Positions 49,528-62,234 of a stretch of DNA of 64,000 bases are shown piece after piece. Origin of the DNA: Octopus sinensis (lineage: Eukaryota). The notes beneath the pieces were generated by a model. That model made no database searches. It worked only from the letters and a program-made list of their open reading frames with translations, and had not been told where the DNA came from. Location of the stretch: contig NC_043001.1 of NCBI RefSeq assembly GCF_006345805.1, positions 28,706,001-28,770,000 on the forward strand. Reading direction: 5' to 3'. Numbering within the stretch: position 1 is the stretch's first letter; every line of letters begins with the position of its first letter. The translations under genes were made by a program, and so were the position numbers.

Positions 49528-49945
49528 AAGGCAGTGAGCTGGCAGAATCACAAGAGAGTTGGAATAAATGATTTGCTGCAGAAATTCCTACACTTTTTAC
49601 TCTGAGTTCAGATCTCACTGAGGCCAACATTGCTTTTCGTCCCTTACAGGAAGTATCAGTCATGCACTGAAGTTGATGGTATCAACTAAGCCCTTCCCAT
49701 CAAATCTGCTGGCCTCATGCCAACACAAGAAAATATTAAAAAGCAAGCAAGCAAACAGAATTGTTAGACTGTCAGAAAATATGCCTTGTGGAATTTTTTC
49801 CAACACTACATTCTTAGTTCAATTTGCCTTTTGTCCTTTCTGGGTTGATAAAATAGAATACCAGTTAAGTACTGGAGTCAATGGTACCAACTAAGCCCAT
49901 TCCCATTTAAAATTGATGGCCTCATGCCTAAGTCAAAAACCACTA
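49528..49945 (+). mobile_element. Two tandem decayed family B SINEs
   Basis: Heads at about 49528 and 49750. Confidence 0.7.
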
Positions 49946-49966
49946 TTATTTTTATTATTATTATTT

Positions 49967-50116
49967 TGGTTTGGCTCAGGTTCGGTCTTATTCCTGGTAA
50001 GATTTATGTAACCTTAAGTATCGACAAGTTTTCAGCAGTCTTTCAAGTCTTTAGAACCCTCCTGATAATCATTGCTGTCCCTAAGCAACAAACTTTTTGT
50101 AGGTGCTCTACCAGGC
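49967..50116 (-). mobile_element. R4/Dong-like non-LTR element 3' end, copy 1
   Basis: Minus strand VEHLQKVCCLGTAMIIRRVLKT*, short 3'UTR, (TAA)n. Confidence 0.7.
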
Positions 50117-50146
50117 ATCATCATTATTATTATTACTACTACTACT

Positions 50147-50358
50147 GATTTAACTTGTGTTTAGTCTTATACCTGGCAGGAATTATGTGGGTAGCAGGTT
50201 ACTACCTGTAACCTTAGATATCCGCTAGCTTTCAATAGTCTTTCAAGTGCTTAGAAACCACCCCACCCGATAGTTCTTCTTGTCCCTAAGCAACAAACTT
50301 TTTGTAGAAGCTCTACAGGACATTCTATTCCAATCTCCTTCAACCATATTTCAAATTT
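50147..50358 (-). mobile_element. R4/Dong-like non-LTR element 3' end, copy 2
   Basis: Minus strand KFEIWLKEIGIECPVELLQKVCCLGTRRTI, 3'UTR, flanked by (TAA/TAG)n. Confidence 0.7.
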
Positions 50359-50389
50359 ATTATTATTATTATTATTGTTATTATTATAT

Positions 50390-50600
50390 AGGTGACAAAC
50401 CGGCAGAATCGTAACTGTGCCAGGAGAAATGCTTAGTAGCATTCCTTCTAACTTTACATTCTGAGTACAAATACTGCTGGGGCCGACTTTACCTTTCATC
50501 CTTTCAGGGTGGATAAAGTACCTGTTGAATACTGGGGTCAATAAAATCAACTTACACATTACTCCAAAATTGCTGACCTTGTACCAAAATTTGAAACTAT
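50390..50600 (+). mobile_element. SINE family B, decayed
   Basis: Domain homology. Confidence 0.7.
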
Positions 50601-50624
50601 TATTATTATTATTATGTATTTGGT

Positions 50625-50915
50625 GACCCTGTCAGTGCAGGTTCCACTTAAAAGAACCCAGTCCATGCTGTAAAGTGGTTGGTGCTCAGAAGGGCATCCA
50701 ACTGTAAAAACCTTGCCAAAACTGACCTAGCCTGTGCTTGTGCCACATAAAAAGCTCTGAGTCCACTCTGCTGAGTGATTGATGTTAGGAAGGACATCTA
50801 GCTTAAAAATCTTGCCAAAACAGTCACAGAAGTCTGGTGCAGGCTTCAGCCTGGCTGGCTCTTATGGAACCATCCCACCCATGCTAGCATGTAAGACAGA
50901 TGTTAAACGATGATG
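50625..50915 (+). mobile_element. RTE 3'UTR-related element, decayed
   Basis: Tail homology. Confidence 0.65.
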
Positions 50916-51070
50916 ATTATTAAGGCAGTGAACTGGCAGAATCATTAGCATGCCAGGTATCAGTGATGCACAAATCACCAGCCACTAAAGGACATGCTCA
51001 ACTGGTTAAAGTCAAGCAGCTGACAAGCAAATCTACGGTATTGAGCAGAATATTTGCTTATTACTATTAT

Positions 51071-51444
51071 TATTACCTGCACCTTAGCGAAGTCGGAGGT
51101 AGTGTTTTCAGTCGTGTTTGTTTGTTTGTTTGTCCTTGGACAAGATATCTCAAGAACCACTCAACGGATTCAGATGAAACTTTCAGGGATGTTTGGCCTT
51201 GCGACTGGCACAAACTGATTAGATTTTGGGATCGATCTGGTACCAGACAAGCATTCTGGATTATTTTTTCATTTTTTTTACTTAATCTTTGAGAGTAGTT
51301 AGGTCCATTTTTAGAATTCTTGCTTGTGAGAGCAGTCAAGTTTATTTCAGATATTCTCATTTTAAAAATCATTTCCAGCTAATCATCGAGAGGACATTGG
51401 TGTTGCCTTGACAGAGGTTTGCACTCTCTGAGTGCTCTTGCTAT
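51071..51444 (+). mobile_element. Helentron-associated (HINE/DINE-1-like) non-autonomous element
   Basis: 5' TTACCT..ACC..GGAGGT inverted repeat, (GTTT)n, 3' GGCAGAGGT subterminal repeat with short hairpin. Second copy at 60480-60848. Confidence 0.7.
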
Positions 51445-51635
51445 TATTTTTACCAGAATCATTAGCACATCAGACAAAATGCTTAGTGACATTTCTTCTA
51501 ACTCATTATGTTCTGAGTTCAAATTATGCCAAGGTCAACTTTACTTTTCATCCTTCCAGGGTTGATAAAATAAGTACCAACTGAGTACTAGAGTTAATGC
51601 AATTGACTAGCACCCTCCTCCTTGTGCCTGTAGAA

Positions 51636-51990
51636 TTATTATTATTATTATTATTATCGTTATTGTTATTATTATCATTATTGTTATTATCATTATTATT
51701 GTTATTATTGTCTCGACCACGGTCGAACAATGATAATGATTGTTATTATTATCATTATTATTATTGTTATCATTATTATTGTTGTTATTATTATTATTAT
51801 CATTATTATTATTGTTATTATCATTATTATTATTGTTATTATCATTATTATTATTGTTATTATCATTATTATTATTGTTATCATTATTATTATTATTATT
51901 GTTATCATTATTATTATTATTATTGTTATCATTATAATCATTATTATTATCATTATTATTATTATTGTTATCATTATTATTATTATTATT
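51636..51990 (+). repeat. Compound (ATT/GTT/ATC)n array
   Basis: Direct reading. Confidence 0.95.
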
Positions 51991-52231
51991 GGCAGCAGAT
52001 TTTCAGAATCTATAGAGTATCAGACAAAGCAACATGTGTTATTTTTACAGCCCATCCTAAGTTCAACTTTTACAAAGCCTACTCTTAACATTTCCAGCCA
52101 TAAGTTTACTTAAGAAATTAGGGCAAACAGAATAATTAGAGCAGGAGTCAAAAATACCCTGTGCCATTTGTTCTGGCTCTTTACTTTCTGAGTTCAAACT
52201 CCACCAAGACCAACTTTATCTTTCACCCTTC

Positions 52232-52413
52232 CATGTACAAATGTCTTGTTTTCATAAGTTTCGAATTAAAATCTTCCACCAAACCTTAGTCACAAATTAT
52301 GTTCTTAACACTAGCTTAATGACAACTAAGTTATTTTACTAAATTCTTTGTGATATTTAAAATTAATTGAAAGAAACACAGAGCATCCCAAAATAAATAT
52401 GGTAACAAAAGGG
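52232..52413 (+). mobile_element. TTAA MITE family 1, left end missing
   Basis: Right TIR GTAACAAAAGGG|TTAA. Confidence 0.8.
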
Positions 52414-52744
52414 TTAATTTGTTGTCATTAAAGGATGGCAATGAAGAGGCTGAAATAGTATAATGACAGGCTAAATAGCTCCCACCACAAGATCCAGTCC
52501 TTGTCATGTTGTGTTGGCATATATGCCTCAATGTCCCTGCAAAATATGCCAGCAGGGTAAAAGGTTTTGGTAGGGCCTCCTATTCAAGACAGATCAAGGG
52601 ATAGAAGCCAGACTAATATGGACCACCTCTTCCCAGAAGTAAAAAAAAAAAGGAACCTCTACCTAGAAATAAGTAAATTCACAGGAGCATTGTTGACAAT
52701 TCAAAACGAACAAGACCTGAGAGAGGAAAGTTTTTTCATATGAA

Positions 52745-52935
52745 CATCATCATTGTTTAACATCCATTTTCCATGCTGGCATGATGAGCTAGATGGTTTG
52801 ACATGGAGCTGACCAGCCGGGGAGCTGTCCAGACTCCAATTGTCTGTTGTGGCATGCTTTCTATGGCTAGATGCCCTTCCTAATGTCAACCACTTTACAG
52901 AGTGCGCTGGGTACTTTTTACATGCCACCAGCACA
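52745..52935 (-). mobile_element. RTE 3'UTR-related element
   Basis: Tail homology. Confidence 0.75.
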
Positions 52936-53271
52936 TAAGACATGAAACATATGATCTGAAATCTACAAAGGAGACAGAATAGAGAATGCCCTCAAAATAA
53001 CTGGAGGCAAGGCAGAGCTGAAACGTCTAGAGAGAAACAAAAAAACAGCTCAAAATGAAGAACAGTAAAGGTTGTCGCTGGATTATGCTTCATAAGGAGC
53101 TATGGTCTTATGTAAAGAAGACTAAATAACTAGTTTGGGAGGAAGTTTTTTTAATTATAAGTTGAGAGGAAGTACCCATGACTTTTTCGCAAGGCTTCCA
53201 CAACTGGTGGGGAAAAAGAGAGGAAGAAACTATGGCTAATGAGTTATCCTTACATCAGCAACCTGATTTAA

Positions 53272-53486
53272 CCCTTTAGTGTTCGTATTATTCTGCCAAA
53301 ATTAATGCTTCTTTATCTACATTGTTTTGAATTAATCATGCATTATCTTGTAGCTATGAGATTTTGATGAGTTAGCTGTTAATTTTTAAAACAATATTGT
53401 AGGGTTGGTGTGAGAGACCAGATCTGGCCAGTTTGAACATAAAGCAGGTAGAATATTTTTGGCCGGATATGGCTGGTTTAAATGCT
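53272..53486 (+). mobile_element. TTAA MITE family 2, right TIR truncated
   Basis: TTAA|CCCTTTAG left end. Confidence 0.8.
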
Positions 53487-54804
53487 TGCAGTAGTGAAAA
53501 TTCCACTAAAGGTATCCAAGAACCAAATGCTGTGAATGTTCTTTTTTATGTTCTAAGCTGAAAGTAAAGCTTATTTTAACCTTCAACAATCCAGAGTACC
53601 AGTCAAATACTGGAATCAATCTGAATGACTGTGCCCTTCCACCAAAATGTCACGTGACATGTCATATCACCAAAGACTAGATCTTAGATGCCCCATTTTT
53701 CTACAATCATGGCAGCCGAGAATTTACTACAGACTTTAATTAATTTAGACCACATAGGGTGAACAACAAAGTTTATGTTTGTTGGCATATATAGAAGACA
53801 ATGTTACAAGTGAGATGTGTCAACAGCAAGAAGAAATATCAAGATATCATATCTAGGACAACATTGAAGAATTTATGAAACTAAGAGCAGCTTCTTTAAG
53901 TGTGTAGCATCTCAATTTTGCTAAACTTTTATGATGGAAGAGACCAACCACTGAAGCTTGGAGATATCAAATCATATAAATACAACAGCAGATGGAATGC
54001 ATAAGTATGAACATAAAATGATGATGATAGAGGTATTGGATTCTTAAATCAATCTCAAATCACACCCAACCATCTATAAAAAAAAAAAAAAGGCATACTG
54101 GATAATGTATTAATTTAAACTATGAATGAAAACGATGATTAAGGCTACAGCATCTTAGCTTAGGTTTGTTGGCTTGATTAAAATCAACTTAAAGCTAAAG
54201 AAAGGAATAAGAACTGGGCCAAGAAGGCAACCATAAGACAATAATGGGGAAATGAGAGGACCACAAACCAATGAGAGAGTGCTATGAACTGATAAGGGAG
54301 CCTTGAGATGAGGAGGATTCAACATGATCACTCAACTTTCTAGAAAGTGCAGCCAAATCTCTTAAATAACAACCTGTAGTATTTGAAAAAGAATGACACA
54401 TTCAATAATGAAGTCCTAGAAATACAAAAAGACAGCATAATCATGAGAGGAACACTTTTGATTGTAAGTGTTTGATTTAGAGCTAGCTAAGAGCTAAGCA
54501 GCAACACTGTGCTGGGGTGTACATCTGAGACATGTTCTGAACACAGTCAATTCTTGTGGCTACAACTAGAGGGAGATATAGAAAGTAAGGGAGAAAGATC
54601 AGTTTTTTTTTCTCTCTCTCTTTATATGTGTGCTAGTATGTATACACTAATGTGAGTGTTCACATATATGCATTGTTATATGCACAGATCCATGAGTCAT
54701 CTTGACTGCATGTGTCTGTGAAATGCATGTTAAGCTGTAAGAAAGTGAGTAAATATAGGATTAGTTAATGAAAATAACAGGAATTATTATTACACACTTC
54801 AATA

Positions 54805-55020
54805 AAGCAGTGAGCTGGCAGAATTATTAGCATGCCGGACAAAATGCGGGGAGGTATTTCGTCTGCCGCTATATTCTGAGTTCAAATTGCACCGAGGCCG
54901 ACTTTGCCTTCCATCCTTTCAGAGTCAATAAATTAAGTACTAGTTGCAAACTAGGTCAATCTAATCGACTGGCACCGCCCCAAAAAAATTTCAGTCCTTG
55001 TGCCTATAGTAGAAAGGATT
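54805..55020 (+). mobile_element. SINE family B
   Basis: Head and domain homology. Confidence 0.82.
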
Positions 55021-56089
55021 AATATTAACTTTAATACTGAGTTTATTAATATTAACTTCAATACCAAGTTCAATACTGAGTTTATTAACTTCATTTATGA
55101 AAAGTTTAAAGCAAAAAAAAACTTTCAAAGTGGAGCCAATGCAGGCGTTTGGACTTTCTTCAAGAATCACTGCAAAGACTGATACATAAGTGATAACAGT
55201 AGATAAGTCACACTCCAATCAATGTATTTATAAGCATAATAAATTATATGTATACATTGCATACATAAGATAGTGTGGACTTGAGCGTAGAGGTTTGTGT
55301 ATGTGTGTGTAGATAATAGAGTATGGATGGATCATGGTGTATATGTCTATGCGTGAATATTTGAGCTGGTGGTAATATGCACATGCATGCTAGCATGTGT
55401 TTATAAATATTTTAGTTTCAACTTTTGAATTGTATGCTATAACTGTAAATTATGTACTTACTAATGTGAGTTAATTGTAAACTGTAAATAATAATATTGT
55501 CACTCATTGCCAATATAATCTAGCAAAGTCCCAGAACCATAGCATTGTGGGTTTTAAATTCTAAGCTTGGCACAAAGAAATTAATTGGTGCTTTTAAAGT
55601 CACATCTTGCTTTTTGTAAATAATGTATGTAATTTCACTTGCAGCTGTATTTAAATAAAAAATTTAAAAAAACAGCATTTAATTATAATATTTCACACAT
55701 TGCCAATATAATCTAACAAAGTTCAAGAACCATGGTGTGGTGGGTTTATAGTCTAAGCTTGGCACAAAGAAATTAATTGGTGCTTTTAAACTGCCACTAT
55801 TAACTGACTTTAACATGCAGTATCTAATAGGATTACAGCTGGCCAGTAAAGAACTACATCTGGTGGGGTGGGTGTGGACGTAAATAAATTTATGGGACTG
55901 CATATTGTTACAAGCACATTTGTAGCAGAATTGAATTCTGCTTAAGCAGTCATTTTTGTTTCATGGGCAGCAGCAGTACCAAGCTACTCAATGTGAAAAT
56001 TTTGCCTGCAGCTGATTGGGAGGGGTCAAAAGCTGTTTTGACCCTATGGACCCAAACAGCCGAAAATCTGGTTTTTCCAGATTTTTTAA

Positions 56090-56722
56090 GGATGGCCAGG
56101 TCTTGGTGTGATTGAGAAAACTCGGCAAGCTCAAATGAGACCATAACCTCGTGGCCTATGCCAGGGGTGTAACCAGCCCACTTTATGCATACCTTTCCCT
56201 CATTGGGCACTAAACTGCTTGCGAAGACCTGTTGAAGCAAGTGAAATCAAAATCGAAATCAAATTCGATGATTGGCATCCATGCTAGTGGAGTGCTAAGA
56301 GTACCATACGAGCATGATCGTTGCCAGAGCAACTAGCTGGCCTCCATGCCGATGGCATGTAGAAAAGCACCATTTGAGCATGATCGTTACCTGCATTGCC
56401 TTACTGGTACTTGTGCAGGTGGCACGTGAAAAAACATTCGAGCGAGGTCATTGCCAGTGCCGCTGGACTGGCTCCTGTGCAGGTGGCACATAAAAAACAC
56501 CATTTGAGCGTGGCTGCTGCCAGTACTGCCTGACTGGCCCTCGTGTCAGTGGCACATAAAAGCACCCACTACACTCTCGGAGTTGTTGGCGTTAGGAAGG
56601 GCATTCAGCCGTAGAAACTCTGCAAGATCAGATTGGAGCCTGGTGCAGCCATCTGGTTCGCCAGACCTCAGTCAAATCGTCCAACCCATGCTAGCATGGA
56701 AAGCAGATGTTAAACGATGGTG
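56090..56722 (+). mobile_element. RTE LINE 3' end with five about 65-bp tandem hairpin modules
   Basis: GAGAAAACTCGGCAAGC matches the ORF2 end at 47460. Modules at 56281, 56346, 56413, 56477 and 56543, then the tail. Confidence 0.85.
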
Positions 56723-57639
56723 AGATATATATATATATATATATATATTACGGAGATGTACTTGCATATATATAGTTATAGATATAGATATATATATAGA
56801 TAGATATATATATATACACACACACACACACAAACGTGTGTGAATAAATGAATGTGACTGTGTGTATGTGTTACTCTCGTCATGCCTTGACATCATGCAT
56901 GAGTGTCACCATCATGCAAGCAGTGTCCTTATTTCCAATCTTCCATGAAAACATGTTTGCTTGTGGAAATATTACTTGCTTGGAAACAGGTACTGGCTGG
57001 CAATAAAAAAGGCATCCAGCTATAGAAGCTCCATCTCAACACAATCCATCCGACCCATGAGGGCATAGAAAAGTGGATGTTACAACAATGAGGACACAGC
57101 ATCATCAATAATTTCTATTTTGTTTCCAACGCTAATACTCATATAGATTGAGTAATGGCACACCCTACATACTCAATCATTTGCTCATCTGTGTGTGTGT
57201 CTGTTAATGAAGGCTTCAGACTCCACGCCCAAAGTAATGTTTGGTAGATAAGCCATACATGCTTTTTTTTTTCATTCATTTTTTTAATGAAGAACTATAA
57301 TTTATCCAACAAGTACATACAGTAGGTATTGAAAGTATGACATGAAGATAGATGATAAATAGGTTTATGTTTTTCTGTTTATGCTGTTCTTTAGGCTTGG
57401 GTCAGTGCTGATTGTTCGAAAATATTTCAGGTGAAATCACTCCATTCTATTTTCAGACAGTGTACCTAAAACAACATTATTTAATGTGTCATTCACCTTT
57501 TTATTTCAATATGGTAAGGTGATTTGAAGGAAATTTGACTGCTATTTCTAGCATGTCAAGTAACTGCAAAGGTCACAGCAGTAGCATGCTGTACTTGTTT
57601 GTTTACACTTGCGTATGCCTGTTTGTATATTTGCAAGTA

Positions 57640-57916
57640 TGTGTGTGTGTGTGTGTGTGTGCAAGAATGTGTGTGAGTGCAAGAATGTGTGTTTGTGTGT
57701 GCAAGAATGTGTATATATGTGTGTGCAAGAATGTGTATATATGTGTGTACAAGAATGTGTGTGTGTGTGTGTTTGCAAGAATGTGTGTGTGTGTGTGTGC
57801 AAGAATGTGTGTGTATGTGTGTGCGCGTGTTCACAAGATGTGTGTGTGTGTGTGTGTGTTTGCATGAATGTGTGTGTGTGTGTTCACAAGAATGTGTGTG
57901 TGTGTGTTTAAAAGAA

Positions 57917-57947
<31 letters not shown>

Positions 57948-58050
57948 ATGTGTTTGCAAAGGTGTAGTGTGTGTGTGTGTGTGTTTGCAAGAATGTGTGT
58001 GTGTGTGTGTGTTTGCGTGTGTGTGTATGTGCATTTGCATATGTGCTTGT
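57640..58050 (+). repeat. GCAAGAATGTGTGTGT-type compound microsatellite
   Basis: Direct reading. Confidence 0.92.
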
Positions 58051-58120
58051 GTGTATGTTCTGGAGTGTACATACCAAAGTAGTGTATGTTTACATAGGTG
58101 CATTCCCAAAGGTTTGTGAG

Positions 58121-58652
58121 TGCATTTGAACTAAATTTGGTTACAGGAAGACATGCATGTGTAAATACATGCATATGTGTGCATGAATGGAATTATCTGA
58201 AGTTGTCTCCCGTGTGTTAACATTTGAATGTATTTATGAGCATATGCAATTATAGGTGTACATTATGAGTGGCTGTGTGGTAAGTAGCTTGCTTACCAAC
58301 CACATGGTTCCGGGTTCAGTCCCACTGTGTGGCACCTTGGGCAAGTGTCTTCTACAATAGCCTTGGGCCGACCAAAGTTTTGTGAGTGCATTTGAACTAA
58401 ATTTGGTTACAGGAAGACATGCATGTGTAAATACATGCATATGTGTGCATGAATGGAATTATCTGAAGTTGTCTCCCGTGTGTTAACATTTGAATGTATT
58501 TATGAGCATATGCAATTATAGGTGTACATTATGAGTGGCTGTGTGGTAAGTAGCTTGCTTACCAACCACATGGTTCCGGGTTCAGTCCCACTGTGTGGCA
58601 CCTTGGGCAAGTGTCTTCTACAATAGCCTTGGGCCGACCAAAGTTTTGTGAG
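58121..58652 (+). repeat. Exact 266-bp tandem duplication (flank plus SINE A head)
   Basis: Copies at 58121-58386 and 58387-58652; no mismatch found by eye. Confidence 0.92.
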
Positions 58653-59100
58653 TGGATTTGGTAGACGGAAACTGAAAGAAGCCATCATGTACATATGTAT
58701 GTATGTATGTGTGGGTGCATGTGTGTGTGAGTGTGTGTATGTGTATGTGTGTGTATGTGTATGTGTGTGTGTCTGTGTGTGTGTCTGTGTGTGTGTGTGT
58801 GTGCGTGTGTGTGCGTGTGTATGTGTGTATGTACGTGTGTGTGCGTATGTATGTATGTATGTATGTATGTATGTATGTATGTATGTATATGTGTGTGTGT
58901 GTGTGTGTGTGTATGTTTACATGTCTGTGTTTGTCCCCCCAACATCATTTGATAACCGATACTTAGCAGTTTGGCAAAAGACCCCGATAGAATAAGTACT
59001 AGGTTTACATAGAATAAGTCCTGGGGTCAATTTGCTCGACTAAAGGTGGTGCTCCAGCATGGCCACAGTCAAATGACAAACTAGTAAAAGAATAAAAGAA
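58533..59100 (+). mobile_element. SINE family A with expanded internal microsatellite
   Basis: Head, core and tail homology. Confidence 0.88.
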
Positions 59101-59459
59101 TATATTTTCTTGTGCATGCATGTATAATAGTGTGGATGTCAGTGTATATGTGTAGATGGTAGAGTATGTAGGTATTATTGTATGTTCATATGTGTGTGTA
59201 TGTGTGTTTCTATAGCCAAATGCTGTAATTGGTGCCCTCACCTGCTACCAAGCAAGATAATAATCACCACCCAATCTATAAAACAATGAACAGCTTGAAC
59301 ACAGTTACACGAAGAATTGGAAACAAACAAAATTGTTTACATGAGCTTTTGTTTACAATCAGCAAACACACCTGAAGACAAGGAGAAATGCAAACTCACT
59401 TGAGAACACACATGCACACCCTACAAATTTCTCTCACAAAATATTGATCAATAGTGTTC

Positions 59460-59609
59460 AAGTGGCTGTGTGGTAAGTAGCTTGCTTACCAACCACATGG
59501 TTCCGGGTTCAGTCCCACTGTGTGGCACCTCGGGCAAATGTCTTCTACTATAGCCTCGGGCCGACCAAAGCCTTGTGAGTGGATTTGGTAGACGGAAACT
59601 GAAAGAGGC

Positions 59610-59676
<67 letters not shown>

Positions 59677-59905
59677 GTATGTGTGTGTATATGTTTGTGT
59701 GTCTATATTTGTCCCCCCAAACATTGCTTGACAACCGACGGTGGTGTGTTTATGTCCCCGTAACTTAGCGGTTCAGCAAAAAAGACCGATAGAATAAGTA
59801 CTAGGCTTACAAAGAATAAGTCCTGGGGTCGATTTGCTCGACTAAAGGCAATGCTCCAGCATGGCCGCAATCAAATGACTGAAACAAGTAAAAGAGTGAA
59901 AGAGA
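59460..59905 (+). mobile_element. SINE family A
   Basis: Full homology. Confidence 0.9.
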
Positions 59906-59984
59906 TATGTTTCCAAAGTTAACCTCTTCACCACTCAGCCATATTTGCACCCATAAAATTTTAGCCAGTGTATACATATATCAT

Positions 59985-60350
59985 CATTGTTTAACATCTG
60001 TTTTCCATGCAGGCATGAGTTGGACTGTTTGACAGGAACTGGCCAGTCGGGGAGCTGTCTAGACTGCAATTGTCTGTTTTGGCATGGCTTTCTATGGCTG
60101 GAAGCCCTTCCTAATCCCAACCATTTTACAGAATGCGCTGGGTGCTTTTTATGTGCCACCAGCATGGGACCTGCCACCAACATATATCATCATCATCACC
60201 ATTTGATGTACGTTTTCCATGCTAGCATGGGTTGGACGGTTTTGACTGAGGGCTGGCAACCAGATGGCAGCACCAGGCTCCAGTCTTGATCTGGTAGAGT
60301 TTCTATAGCTGGATGCCCTTCCTAACACCAACCACTCCGAGAGTGTAGTT
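59985..60350 (-). mobile_element. Two adjacent RTE 3'UTR-derived elements
   Basis: Tails at about 59985-60185 and 60187-60350. Confidence 0.8.
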
Positions 60351-60479
60351 CATATATATGTATATATATCATTATCAACATCATCTAAAGTCCATTTTCC
60401 ATATTGGTATGGACTGGACAGTTTAACAGGAGCAGGCAAAACCAGGAGCCATATGACTATATAATTTAAAGAAGTAATA

Positions 60480-60848
60480 CAAAAAGAACTGCGAGAGCAC
60501 AAACCTCTGCCAAGGCAACGCCAACATCCTCTCAATGATTAGCCGGAAATGATTTTTACAATGAGAATATCTGAAATAAACTCAACTGTTTTCATATATG
60601 AGAATACTAAAAATGAACCTGACCACTCTCAAAAATTAAGCAAAAAACCTGGAAAAATAATCCAGAATCCTTGTCTGGTAACCAGATCGATCCCAAAATC
60701 TAATCAGTTCGTGCCAGTCATGAGGCCAAACATCCCTGAAAGTTTCATCCAAATCCATCCAGTGGTCCTTGAGATATCTTGTTCACGGACAAACAAACAA
60801 ACACAACTGAAAACAATACCTCTGCCTTCGCTAAGGTGGAGGTAATAA
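60480..60848 (-). mobile_element. HINE/DINE-1-like element, copy 2
   Basis: Reverse complement homolog of 51071-51444. Confidence 0.72.
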
Positions 60849-60930
60849 TATAAAGAGAATCTTTATGTTTAATTTCATTTTTTCTTTTGCCCCCCCCCCC
60901 ACCACCACCACAACAACAAAAATGATAAAA

Positions 60931-61180
60931 TAACAGTGACAAACAAAAAATACACTGCCGATAGTTGTTGTTGACAAACAACAGCAGTAATTTTATTCAG
61001 CTGAATACACGTCATTGATTGGTTGAAATTACCAAACTAGGCCTACTTTAACGTGAAATTACTTCGTAAATATAATTTTTCCTCAAAAATGCTAAGAGTA
61101 AAACATGTTTTATAATCACACATTCTACCAGTGTCTGAAATTTGAAAGTGTCTAGTTACAAAAAATTATTTTTTAAATCT
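60931..61180 (+). repeat. Unclassified interspersed repeat, copy 2 of 6217-6460
   Basis: Direct homology. Confidence 0.75.
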
Positions 61181-61925
61181 GTACGTCAAAAGGTAAAGAT
61201 CCAAGAATATAAGTGTACCGCTAGTGGAAAAAAATGGTTGCAGAGTACTGATCTAAACAACCATGATAATATAACTTCATTCAGCTTTCCCACTAAAAGT
61301 TTAGCACCGAATGGCTACATAACAATGGTAATTCTCTGCTCAGCTGTCACTGTTTTTGCTGAATGTACTACTCCCAATTATATTATTGTATTCAAGATAT
61401 GGAATGAATATGTAAACACATATTGCCTTACAGAGATCTGTTATCTATAACTAGAATGTAAGAGAAAAGAAGATAAGAAAAACTGGAGGAATAAAAGGAA
61501 AAATTTGAAAAATGAAAATAAAAGGAAAAAAAAAGATAAAAGCAAAAAATATCAGAGGATCCAGGCTAAAGGAATAAGGAAAAAAGTAGAGGAGAAAGGA
61601 AATAGAGTCAACGGCATGGTGTGCTATATTTTAGTGTCTAGTAGACCCAGAAAGCATTATAAGAAGAGATGATTAACTCCAATTTTCATAGTATTTAAGT
61701 GGATGAGAGATATACAGTTCCTCACAGATAGGAAACCATTCTATACCAGGAAAACATTTCCAGACCTTCCCAACTCATATGTGAACAAAGACAGATGATG
61801 TTGATAATTACAAAAAGAAAAAAAAAAAATGCTTCCGTCAGAATTTTAACCCCTAAAGGCATTAGCAAAACCTTTAACTCATCATTGTTCCCCATGATCC
61901 CACTACCCAGGATTTAAAAACATAT

Positions 61926-62013
61926 ATATTATATAGAGGGCATTACTATACATAAATGCCACACGCTAGGAGGGACTGGGCATTTACGTATAGTAATGCC
62001 CCCTATATAATAT
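61926..62013. other. 88-nt near-perfect hairpin (35-bp stem, 2 mismatches, 18-nt loop)
   Basis: Arms at 61926-61960 and 61979-62013. Confidence 0.85.
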
Positions 62014-62234
62014 AAATAAATATATTTAAGTGAAAAAATTGGTGGATTTTTTTCTCTTATGATGTTTTTCACGCTAACTACTTGATAAATTCTTATAAAG
62101 ATTTTATCCTATTTTTAAATTGTATATATATATATATTAGTTAATCCAAACATGAAAGCACAAAAAAACACAATGCGAGGACGTGGAACAAATATAGTAT
62201 TATTGGACGCTCAGGAAAGAAGGAAAGAAAGAGG

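Noticed and set aside
51597-52113. Poly-Y, poly-I and poly-L ORFs
   Set aside because: (ATT)n array.
56281-56570. CRISPR-like repeat-spacer appearance
   Set aside because: The spacers are homologous to each other, the array lies in a LINE 3'UTR, the context is eukaryotic, and there are no cas genes.
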